Shown: piece after piece, positions 26,127 through 34,408 of the stretch | How the letters are laid out: each line of letters opens with the position of its first letter | Position numbering within the stretch: the first letter of the stretch is position 1 | Virus genome (UHGV): UHGV-0388930 | Length of the DNA: 41,223 nt | Source of the DNA: a virus | Reading direction: 5' to 3' (one strand) | Notes under the pieces: model-generated | What the model saw: the letters and a program-made list of their open reading frames with translations, nothing else | What the model was told of the DNA's origin: nothing | Databases searched by the model: none | Position numbers and translations under genes: made by a program

Positions 26127-27745
26127 GGTGGCTGGATAACATGAATGAGACTATCAAGCGGGGCATCCGCAGCTGGCTGAACGTGGTGCCGGCCAGTGGG
26201 AACAGCATCCAGATTAACGAGGTCCTGGACTTTGAGGCCAATGCCATCCGGAACCGCATCTGGTACCGCGGGGACGGCAATGAGCTGGAGCAGATGTACC
26301 AGCAGACCCCGGAGTATGCGGACAGATACAAGTTCTGGGCCAGCAGGTGCACACCGGGTATGGAGATGCGCAAGATACATACCGGCCTGCCCGGGCTGAT
26401 TATCCGCATCCTGTCAGGCATTGTCCTGGATGACATGAATGATTTTGATTTTGCAGGTAATGACCAGCAGAGCCAGCTGTGGGAGGACATCGCAAAGGAT
26501 AATAAATTCACCCGTAAGATGGAGAAGGCATTGAAGGAGGTCCTGTACATCGGGGACGGCGCCTTCAAGGTCACGATTGACACGACCGTCAGTGAATATC
26601 CAGTCCTGGAGTGGTATCCAGGAGAGCGGGTAGAGATTGTCCGGAACCGGGACCGGGTGAAGGAGGTCGTGTTCAAGACGCCATATAAAGCAGACCATCA
26701 GCAGTATGTCCTGTATGAGCATTATGGATACGGCTACATCCGTAACGAGCTGTATAAGGGTGACACACCGGTGCCCCTCAATGCCATCGATGCCACAAAG
26801 GGTATCAAGGACACGAAGTTTGATGACACACTCATCCTGGCCGTACCACTGCAGGTGTATGAGTCCACCAAATACGAAGGACGCGGCGGTAGCATCTTTG
26901 ACGGTAAGCTGGATAGCTTTGATGCCTTTGACGAGGCCTGGTCCCAGTGGATGGATGCCCTGAGGGCCGGAAGGGCCAGGACGTACATACCGGACTGCCT
27001 GGTGCCACATGACCCTGAGACGGGGCAGGTCATCCGGCCGAATCCATTCGACAACCGTTACTTTGCCTCAGACAATGATATGTCCGAAAAGGCCGACAAC
27101 AAGGTCAACACGGAACAGCCATCCATCCCACATGACAGCTACCTGGCATCCTACTGTACGGCCCTGGACCTGTGCCTGCAGGGCGTCATCAGTCCGTCCA
27201 CTTTGGGCATCGATGTAAAAAAGCTGGACAACGCCGAAGCCCAGCGCGAGAAGGAGAAGGCCACCCTCTACACCCGCAACGCCATTGTGGAGGCCCTGCA
27301 GGAGACACTTCCGGAGCTGGTCGGCGCGGCAATCAATGCCTACCATATCCTCCTGAAACAGCCGGTTGAGGAGGTCAATGTGGACATCCCATTCGGTGAA
27401 TATGCCAACCCATCCTTTGAGAGCCAGGTGGAGACCCTGGCCAAGGCCCGGCCCGGTGTCCCCATGATGAGCATAGAAGCCCAGGTGGAGGAGCTGTATG
27501 GTGACAGTAAGGACGAGGCGTGGAAACAGGAGGAGATAGCGCGGCTGAAAGCGGAACAGGGGATTGCGGATGTGGAAGAACCCGGAATTAACCAGGCTGC
27601 CGGCGATTTCCAGTTGAACATGGAGGGAGGAACACAGAATGAAGGTCAAGGTAATGAACCGACTGTACCGGATGAGCCAGAAGGAGTTCCAGGGGCTGCT
27701 ACAGGTGGCAGGGGAGCAGGTGCCGCTGGGAATCTACGCCATTGA
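26123..27745 (+). CDS. Portal protein (SPP1 gp6-like)
   Basis: 540 aa immediately after terL; acidic C-terminus; gene order. Confidence 0.7.
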   Translation: MRWLDNMNETIKRGIRSWLNVVPASGNSIQINEVLDFEANAIRNRIWYRGDGNELEQMYQQTPEYADRYKFWASRCTPGMEMRKIHTGLPGLIIRILSGIVLDDMNDFDFAGNDQQSQLWEDIAKDNKFTRKMEKALKEVLYIGDGAFKVTIDTTVSEYPVLEWYPGERVEIVRNRDRVKEVVFKTPYKADHQQYVLYEHYGYGYIRNELYKGDTPVPLNAIDATKGIKDTKFDDTLILAVPLQVYESTKYEGRGGSIFDGKLDSFDAFDEAWSQWMDALRAGRARTYIPDCLVPHDPETGQVIRPNPFDNRYFASDNDMSEKADNKVNTEQPSIPHDSYLASYCTALDLCLQGVISPSTLGIDVKKLDNAEAQREKEKATLYTRNAIVEALQETLPELVGAAINAYHILLKQPVEEVNVDIPFGEYANPSFESQVETLAKARPGVPMMSIEAQVEELYGDSKDEAWKQEEIARLKAEQGIADVEEPGINQAAGDFQLNMEGGTQNEGQGNEPTVPDEPEGVPGAATGGRGAGAAGNLRH

Positions 27746-27860
27746 GAAACAGGGGTATGCGGAACTGCGCTGCGATAAATGCAGCAGCGTGACCCAGCTT
27801 AAGGACCTGACCAGACAGTTCAAGGCACAGGGATTTAAGGTACATGCAAACGGGAGGTGA
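27639..27860 (+). CDS. Hypothetical small protein overlapping the portal 3' end (uncertain)
   Basis: ORF track; GGAGG RBS. Confidence 0.3.
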   Translation: MKVKVMNRLYRMSQKEFQGLLQVAGEQVPLGIYAIEKQGYAELRCDKCSSVTQLKDLTRQFKAQGFKVHANGR

Positions 27861-29584
27861 TGCCCGTGACAGAGTATGATATCAGCGCTGCTTTCAAAGC
27901 CATTGAGGATGAACTGATAAAATCCATGATCCGCAACATGGACCGACATCGGGCGGAGGAAACCGGGGAAGGCATTGAGTGGTCCATGTGGCAGACGGAG
28001 CAGCTGAAAGCCCTGGAGAAGTATAAGAAGGATAACCGGAAGCGCTATGGAAAGCAGTTCCAGGACCTCAACAAGGAAATGGGGGAGCTGATACGGATAT
28101 CCAGGCAAAGGGGCAACATGCAGCAGGAAATCCAGATTCTGAATGCAATCCGGCAAGGCTTTCCTGCTAAGAAAATCATTCAAGGCGCCACGGCAGAGTT
28201 TTTTCGGCTTAATGACCGGAAACTGGAAGCGCTTATCAAGGCCACCACCAATGACATGCAGCGTGCTGAAACAGCGGTCCTGCGGAAGGCTGATGACGAT
28301 TACCGGAAGGCCATCTTTAATGCCCAGGTCTATGCAAACAGCGGCGCCGGTACCTATGAGAAGGCCGTGGATATGGCCACCAAGGACATGCTTTCCAGGG
28401 GACTGAACTGTGTGGAGTATGCCAATGGCGCCCGCCACACCCTGGCGGATTATGCTGACATGGCCATCCGGACGGCATCCAAGCGGGCCTACCTCCAGGG
28501 GGAGGGCGAGAAGCGGCAGGAATGGGGAATCACCACCGTGATTGTCAACAAGCGCAGGAACCCGTGCCCAAAGTGCCTGCCATTTGTGGGAAAGGTCCTG
28601 ATTGATGATGTGTGGTCAGGAGGAAAGAAATCCGATGGGCCGTACCCGTTCATGAGTAAGGCCATTGCGGTCGGCCTGTATCATCCCAGATGCAAGGACA
28701 GCCACACAACGTACTTCCCCGGTATTTCCACGGCGGACGATACTTGGACCAAGGGGGAGCTAGAAGCCGTGGGGCAGTCAAATAAGCAGGAGGCCGAGCG
28801 GCAGTATGCTGCAAGGCAGGCAGAGAGATATGGGCGGCTGGCTAAGTATTCTTTGGATGAGGACAATAAAAAGCAGTACAAGTTGAAAAAACAGGAGTGG
28901 GATAGGAAGTATGAAGGTGATATATTTGACAGGATTAAAGGCATATTCACTAAACCAGATTCTGAATTGGTATACATAAAGAAGAACCTTGAAGAAGGGA
29001 TTCAGAGCAACCCTAATGAAAATGTAAAGAACGCCCTTTCAAAGTCATTAAGCAGGGTAGGGTTGAGAAAGTGGGACAAACCGAACTCCCGGTACGATGA
29101 AGCGAAAAAGATGGTCATGGTTGGGAGCTCCGCTGACGACAGGACCATTGCACATGAGTTGTTTCATGAGATGGATGATAGAATAGGGATATCAAGAGGT
29201 CGGGCACTCCTTGATACCCTGGAGACAGATTCAGAGCTGTTAATAAATCGGGCTGCTGGATATGGAAATGATATTGAGAGTATGATACAATCACTTTACC
29301 CAGATGAATTTGAAATCACGGAACTGGGGAATAAGGTCATAAAAGAGGAGCATCGAGGATTGTCTGATATCCTGCATGGTTTATCCTACGGTGAGATTGA
29401 TATGGGATATGGGCATCATAAACCGGGATATTGGGATTCGCCGCTTAACGTGGAACGCGAGGCGTGGGCCCAGATTGGTAGGTCCCTGTACCAGAACCAT
29501 CCAAAGGATTTAGAAATGTTAAAGGATTTATTGCCAGGCACGTATGAAAAGGTGTTGAACATTTTGAAGGAGGTGGATTCGTAA
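27857..29584 (+). CDS. Head morphogenesis protein (MuF / SPP1 gp7 family) fused to a C-terminal HExxH metallopeptidase-like domain (MuF polymorphic-toxin architecture)
   Basis: 575 aa versus ~300 aa for the standalone MuF domain; C-terminal ~240 aa AT-rich and containing AHELFHEMDDRIG. Confidence 0.75.
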   Translation: MMPVTEYDISAAFKAIEDELIKSMIRNMDRHRAEETGEGIEWSMWQTEQLKALEKYKKDNRKRYGKQFQDLNKEMGELIRISRQRGNMQQEIQILNAIRQGFPAKKIIQGATAEFFRLNDRKLEALIKATTNDMQRAETAVLRKADDDYRKAIFNAQVYANSGAGTYEKAVDMATKDMLSRGLNCVEYANGARHTLADYADMAIRTASKRAYLQGEGEKRQEWGITTVIVNKRRNPCPKCLPFVGKVLIDDVWSGGKKSDGPYPFMSKAIAVGLYHPRCKDSHTTYFPGISTADDTWTKGELEAVGQSNKQEAERQYAARQAERYGRLAKYSLDEDNKKQYKLKKQEWDRKYEGDIFDRIKGIFTKPDSELVYIKKNLEEGIQSNPNENVKNALSKSLSRVGLRKWDKPNSRYDEAKKMVMVGSSADDRTIAHELFHEMDDRIGISRGRALLDTLETDSELLINRAAGYGNDIESMIQSLYPDEFEITELGNKVIKEEHRGLSDILHGLSYGEIDMGYGHHKPGYWDSPLNVEREAWAQIGRSLYQNHPKDLEMLKDLLPGTYEKVLNILKEVDS

Positions 29585-29763
29585 TGTATTATGGCCCCAA
29601 AAGTGAAGAATTGCTAAAGCTTAGGGAGGGGTATAGGAAACTATTTGGATATGACCCAAATGGGGATGTCGAGATAGAAATTTCAGACCATGATGAGTAT
29701 GTGAATCTTCTGAGAAAGTGCTTAACGGAAAAACGAGATATGTTCGATGTGTTGAATATCTAA
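29584..29763 (+). CDS. 59-aa protein overlapping the MuF-toxin stop (TAATG); candidate cognate immunity protein
   Basis: Start overlaps upstream stop; AT-rich like the toxin domain; followed by a terminator. Confidence 0.4.
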   Translation: MYYGPKSEELLKLREGYRKLFGYDPNGDVEIEISDHDEYVNLLRKCLTEKRDMFDVLNI

Positions 29764-29800
29764 TACCACCAGTCAGTAATGGCCGGTGGTATTTTATTTA
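29763..29800 (+). terminator. Putative intrinsic terminator (stem taccacc/ggtggta then TTTTATTT)
   Basis: Inverted repeat 29763-29769 / 29785-29791 followed by a T-run. Confidence 0.4.
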
Positions 29801-29938
29801 ATGAGAGAAGCACGCGGGACTATCCCGGGTGTTATTTTTACGCCCAAACACGAGCATGGCATAAAAATCTGCGTGGCCGGCGATACCGATGACAATGAAT
29901 TGTAACAAGGGTGACACCCTCAAAATGGAAAGGAGCAT

Positions 29939-30577
29939 ATGACGATGGAAAAAAGAATCCCAATGAACTTACAGCTTTTTGCAGAACCGGCAGGCGGCTC
30001 AGGAGGCGAGGGCGGGGGAGGGACACCAGCCCAGCAGCCAGCCCAGACCAGCCAGCAGGTGGCATCCCCTGCAATTGATTACGCCAAAATCCAACAGATG
30101 CTGGACGGCACCCTGGCGGCCAAGGAGGACACGGCACTTAAGGCCTACTTCAGGCAGCAGGGACTCAGCCAGGAGGATGTGGAGCAGGCGATTGCCGCAT
30201 TCAAGCAGCAGAAGGCGGCCCAGCAGCCCGATGTGGGCGCAATCCAGCAGCAGCTTACCCAGGCCCAGGCAGTGGCCCAGAAGGCCATGATTGACAGTGC
30301 GGCCACCATGGTGGCTGTATCACTGGGGATTGACGCCAAAACAATCCCTTATGTCCTTAAGATGGCCGACTTAAGCCAGGTCATGGGGCAGGATGGGAAA
30401 ATCAATGATGAGACACTTAAGGCAGCCCTGGACAAGGTACTTGAGGACGTGCCGGCGCTGAAACCGCAGGCATCAGGCACCACTGGATTCATCCAGGTGG
30501 GGGCAGCCAGCGGCGGCCAGACGCAGCAGACCGTGAATACGGAACTTGACCGTATCTTCGGGGTAAAGAAAAAATAG
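29939..30577 (+). CDS. Capsid scaffolding protein (DUF4355-like, MNLQLFAE motif)
   Basis: MNLQLFAEP near the N-terminus, Q/A-rich helical body; AAAGGAG RBS; upstream of the major capsid gene. Confidence 0.7.
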   Translation: MTMEKRIPMNLQLFAEPAGGSGGEGGGGTPAQQPAQTSQQVASPAIDYAKIQQMLDGTLAAKEDTALKAYFRQQGLSQEDVEQAIAAFKQQKAAQQPDVGAIQQQLTQAQAVAQKAMIDSAATMVAVSLGIDAKTIPYVLKMADLSQVMGQDGKINDETLKAALDKVLEDVPALKPQASGTTGFIQVGAASGGQTQQTVNTELDRIFGVKKK

Positions 30578-30591
30578 GAGGTTAGACAATT

Positions 30592-31494
30592 ATGGCAGTA
30601 TTAAGTTATGTAACACAGTTCCACACCAGGATCCTTGACATGTATGGGCATGAACTGATTTCGGACCCGCTGTACCACACCAATGAGGACATTAAGATCA
30701 TCGGGGCAAAGGACATCAAGCTCCCGCGTCTGTCCGTGAGCGGTTATAAGGACCATGACCGCAACACGCTGGGGTATAACAGCGGTAACTATTCCAACGA
30801 TTTTGAGACCAAGTCCCTTGACCACGACCGCGATATTGAGTTCTTTGTGGACCCCATGGACGTGGATGAGACCAACCAGATTGTTGCGATTGCCAACATC
30901 CAGGCACGGTTTGAGAAAAGGCAGGCCATCCCGGAACTGGACTGCTACACGTTCTCCAAGCTGTATACGGAAGCCTCCAGGGTGGGTGCAACCATCAGGA
31001 CAACGCCCATCACAACGGCCAACATCCTGGCAGACTTTGACGATAACTGTGAGATGTTTGAGGACCTGGGCGTCCCGTTATCCCGCTGTATCCTGTTCTG
31101 CACGGCCGCCTACCGCAAGACACTGAAGAATGCGGAGGGCATCCAGCGCGTGATGGCGGTGAACGGCGGCAGCAATGGCATCGACCGCCGGGTGCACTCC
31201 ATGGATGACCTGGGCGAGATCAGGACGGTACCACTGGAACGGTTCAGGACTGCGTATGACTTCACGGAAGGCTACAAGGCGGACTCGACCGGCAAACAGA
31301 TTAACTACATCCTGGTGGACCCGGAGGCCCAGGTATCCCGCGTGAAGTATGCGTACATCAATACATACACGCCTGGACATGACTCCAGGACGGCTGACAA
31401 CTACCTGTACCAGAACAGGCGTTATAACGGCACGTTTGCGCTGGACCAGGAGCTTAAGCAGGCATGTATCATCAATGTGGAGGCAGGTGAGTAG
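30592..31494 (+). CDS. Major capsid protein
   Basis: 300 aa directly after the scaffold; GGAGG RBS; high-expression codon bias. Confidence 0.6.
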   Translation: MAVLSYVTQFHTRILDMYGHELISDPLYHTNEDIKIIGAKDIKLPRLSVSGYKDHDRNTLGYNSGNYSNDFETKSLDHDRDIEFFVDPMDVDETNQIVAIANIQARFEKRQAIPELDCYTFSKLYTEASRVGATIRTTPITTANILADFDDNCEMFEDLGVPLSRCILFCTAAYRKTLKNAEGIQRVMAVNGGSNGIDRRVHSMDDLGEIRTVPLERFRTAYDFTEGYKADSTGKQINYILVDPEAQVSRVKYAYINTYTPGHDSRTADNYLYQNRRYNGTFALDQELKQACIINVEAGE

Positions 31495-31495
31495 G

Positions 31496-31780
31496 ATGAA
31501 GGCAAAGAAGGAGAACAAGGTATACACAATCAATACCGATCAGGAAGCACAGCGTTACCTGAAGGATGGATACGACATCTACGATGATGACGGGAACGTA
31601 CGGGATTATTCGCCGAAGAAGAAGATTGCTTTCAGCGAATATATGAAGGCAGCCAAGGAAATCGAACGCCTTCAGGCACTTGTGGCTGAGAAGGATGCCG
31701 AAAATGAGACACTGAAGGCAGAGATTGCTGCACTCCAGCAGCCGGCAAGGAAAGCGGAGAGCAAAAAGGCGGGTGAATGA
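31496..31780 (+). CDS. Hypothetical head-associated protein
   Basis: In-frame ATG of the 31349 ORF just after the capsid stop. Confidence 0.4.
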   Translation: MKAKKENKVYTINTDQEAQRYLKDGYDIYDDDGNVRDYSPKKKIAFSEYMKAAKEIERLQALVAEKDAENETLKAEIAALQQPARKAESKKAGE

Positions 31781-31781
31781 C

Positions 31782-32168
31782 ATGCCCTATGAACCCTATG
31801 CCACATATGAATACTACTGTGATGCATACAAGGGGACGGTAATCCCCATGGATGAGCTGGACAGGGCCCTTAAACAGGCCAGCCGCCACATTGATTCCCT
31901 GACCTACAACCGGATTGTAGGCCGGGGATTTTCCAACCTGACGGCCTTCCAGCAGGATGTCATCCAGGACGTGGTGTGCCAGCAGGCAGACTTTGAATGG
32001 GAAAATGCGGATGAGATCAACACCATCCTGCAGGGCTACAGCATCAACGGTGTATCCGCACAGTTCGGCAGCTCCTGGAACGTCTTCACGGATAAGGGGG
32101 TTGCCATGAAGCGCGATGTGTACGCCCTGCTGTTCCAGACAGGCCTGTGCTGTCGGTTAGCGGGGTGA
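31782..32168 (+). CDS. Head-tail connector (gp6/gp15-like)
   Basis: Position and size; in-frame ATG of the 31725 ORF. Confidence 0.45.
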   Translation: MPYEPYATYEYYCDAYKGTVIPMDELDRALKQASRHIDSLTYNRIVGRGFSNLTAFQQDVIQDVVCQQADFEWENADEINTILQGYSINGVSAQFGSSWNVFTDKGVAMKRDVYALLFQTGLCCRLAG

Positions 32169-32172
32169 GGCC

Positions 32173-32511
32173 ATGAAATATCCATGCTTAGTGCCAAGAC
32201 GGCTCTGCAGGACGGATATACACATCCGCCTGGAGTCAGAGGATACAGACAACCATGGTCAGCCGGAGCATGTGTTGGACCTGGACCTTAAATGCAACTT
32301 CCAGGACCGCGCCAAGACCATCCTTACTGCAGAAAAGAAGCTGGTACAGATAACCGGCACGGCCATGTTCCCCGGCGATATCGCCCCGGACTTCCCGACC
32401 TTAAGCGGGGGTACCGTAACTGTATTCGGGGAAGAGCGGAGGATTGAACAGGGGATGAAGGCCAGGAACCCGGACGGGACAGTGAACTACTGCCAGCTGG
32501 AGGTGGTCTGA
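32173..32511 (+). CDS. Head-tail adaptor / head closure protein
   Basis: Size and order. Confidence 0.4.
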   Translation: MKYPCLVPRRLCRTDIHIRLESEDTDNHGQPEHVLDLDLKCNFQDRAKTILTAEKKLVQITGTAMFPGDIAPDFPTLSGGTVTVFGEERRIEQGMKARNPDGTVNYCQLEVV

Positions 32512-32891
32512 TGCAGGTAAAATCAACCGTGAAGATGAATTTCCCGCGGATCAAGCAGCTGACACAGGCGGCAGTGACCGCCCTGGAGATGACTGCGGAG
32601 GCCCTGCATACAGAGGTGGTGCAGGCGCAGGTGATGCCATTTGACAGCGGTAACCTGCAGAATGAAAGCGCCTTTGTGGATTACAGTGAATCGAAGCAGG
32701 GAAAGACAACATTGGTATCCAGCACGCCCTATGCGCGGCGCCTCTATTACCATCCGGAATACAACTTCCAGACAGACGAGAACCCGTTTGCTGGCGGTGA
32801 GTGGTACGAACCGTGGTTGCCCGGCGGCGTCAGTCAGGATTTTGCAAAGAATGCATTTAAGCGATTTTACAGGAAAGTAGGTGGCGTATGA
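32511..32891 (+). CDS. Head-tail joining protein (HK97 gp10-like)
   Basis: Size and order; ATGA-coupled. Confidence 0.4.
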   Translation: MQVKSTVKMNFPRIKQLTQAAVTALEMTAEALHTEVVQAQVMPFDSGNLQNESAFVDYSESKQGKTTLVSSTPYARRLYYHPEYNFQTDENPFAGGEWYEPWLPGGVSQDFAKNAFKRFYRKVGGV

Positions 32892-33295
32892 TGCTGACCT
32901 TGGATGATATCCGGGGATACATAGGCTCCCTGGGGGTTACAGCCGATAGGAATGTCTATATCGGAAAGCTGAATAACAAGAAGGACCACTCCATCGGCGT
33001 GTACCACCGCCAGGGCAGCGGCCCTCCCGTGATGGCCTTGGGTGGCCATGACTACAGCAGCTACGATATCCGGCGCATATCCCTGCTGGTCCATTGGGAC
33101 AGGGACGTACAGGCATCGGAGCAGGCCGCCTATGAATTATATGAGAAACTTAAAAACGTATCCAGCCTATCCATAGGGGATACGCCCATCAACTGCATCA
33201 TCCTCCAGGTACCGGAACCGGTGGACGTGGGGACGGATGACAAGGGCGTATACGAATATGTGATATGGCTGGATTTTGTATATCAGAGAAAGTGA
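32888..33295 (+). CDS. Tail terminator / tail completion protein
   Basis: Size and order. Confidence 0.4.
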   Translation: MMLTLDDIRGYIGSLGVTADRNVYIGKLNNKKDHSIGVYHRQGSGPPVMALGGHDYSSYDIRRISLLVHWDRDVQASEQAAYELYEKLKNVSSLSIGDTPINCIILQVPEPVDVGTDDKGVYEYVIWLDFVYQRK

Positions 33296-33305
33296 GGAAT
33301 GGGAC

Positions 33306-33767
33306 ATGGCAGATGCAGCAGGAAGGGTTTATCCGGTGCATAACAATGTGTTTAAGTTTGGCACGAAAGGCCTCGAAAGTGAAGAGGCGGATATGGTTGT
33401 ACCATTGGATTTAGAGAACTTTGCCCCCAGTATTGATGGTACCGTGGAGGAATGGTACTCCATGGACGCGAAAGGCTGGGCGAAGTCATCCATGACGGGG
33501 AAGAAGCTGGGCTTCTCCTTCAAGGGGAAAAGGTCGGTTGGGGACCCAGGCAACGATTATATTGCAGGCCTGGCCTGGAAGTTCGGGCAGGACGTCATGA
33601 CAAAGTTTGAGTGGACCATGGTATCCGGCGCAAAGCTGGCCTGTGATGTGGTCGTGAACGTGACCACACCGGGAGGTGGCGATACAACCAACATTGACAC
33701 GCTGGAATTTGAGGTGACGGGATATGGCGCCCCGATATTTACACCGGCGCCCACGCCAGGAGCATGA
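33306..33767 (+). CDS. Major tail (tube) protein; no sheath gene, so siphovirus-type tail
   Basis: ATG with GTGAGGA RBS; directly before the chaperone pair and tape measure. Confidence 0.5.
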   Translation: MADAAGRVYPVHNNVFKFGTKGLESEEADMVVPLDLENFAPSIDGTVEEWYSMDAKGWAKSSMTGKKLGFSFKGKRSVGDPGNDYIAGLAWKFGQDVMTKFEWTMVSGAKLACDVVVNVTTPGGGDTTNIDTLEFEVTGYGAPIFTPAPTPGA

Positions 33768-33780
33768 GGAGGAACAGGAA

Positions 33781-34080
33781 ATGGCAAGGAAAGTAGATAT
33801 CACAGATAAACTGAGCTTTGAGGAAAACCCATCCCTGGTAATCAAGGGGAAGGTGCTGGAGGTCAATGCAGATGCCCCGACCATGCTTAAGGTCATGGGG
33901 CTGATGTCGGCGGATGACCCTGGAATGGATGAGGTCATGCAGGCATATGACCTGATGTTCCCTGAGGAATCCAAGAAGAAGATTGAGAAGCTGAAAATCG
34001 GATTCAAGGATCTGGTCACAGTCATCATGGAATCCATACAGCTGATTACCGACGGGGTAGACAGCCCGGGAGAGCAGTGA
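33781..34080 (+). CDS. Tail assembly chaperone (G-like)
   Basis: 99 aa, acidic; GGAGGAACAGGAA ATG; position before the tape measure. Confidence 0.5.
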   Translation: MARKVDITDKLSFEENPSLVIKGKVLEVNADAPTMLKVMGLMSADDPGMDEVMQAYDLMFPEESKKKIEKLKIGFKDLVTVIMESIQLITDGVDSPGEQ

Positions 34081-34093
34081 CCCGTACTACGAT

Positions 34094-34408
34094 ATGTTCG
34101 GGGACTGGGACCTGATAGTATCCAGCTTCCTGTCGCAGTACGGGCTTAGAATCAGGACGAAGGAATTTGAGTCAGTCTCCTGGGACGAGTTCAGGGCATT
34201 GATTGCCGGCCTGTCCCCGGAGACCGCCCTTGGCAGGGTGGTGACCATCCGGTCTGAGACGGATAAGGACATCATCAAGCATTACACCAAGGACCAGCGC
34301 CGGATATATGATGACTGGCGCAAGCGTGAAGTGAAAGAAATGGACGAGGAAACCTTCGGGAAGGAGATGGCCGACCTTGAGAAGATGTTCGCGGCCATGT
34401 GTGGATAG
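34094..34408 (+). CDS. Tail assembly chaperone T-like (Gp15-like) ORF, in the +1 frame relative to the G gene
   Basis: 104 aa; no RBS of its own; T frame open from 34061. Confidence 0.4.
   Translation: MFGDWDLIVSSFLSQYGLRIRTKEFESVSWDEFRALIAGLSPETALGRVVTIRSETDKDIIKHYTKDQRRIYDDWRKREVKEMDEETFGKEMADLEKMFAAMCG

Noticed and set aside
34065-34125. Standard -1 programmed frameshift at CCCGGGA producing a G-T fusion
   Set aside because: The -1 frame from this heptamer stops after 17 codons and is not the frame of the downstream T-like ORF (which is +1). The observation is kept as a finding, not as a confirmed frameshift.
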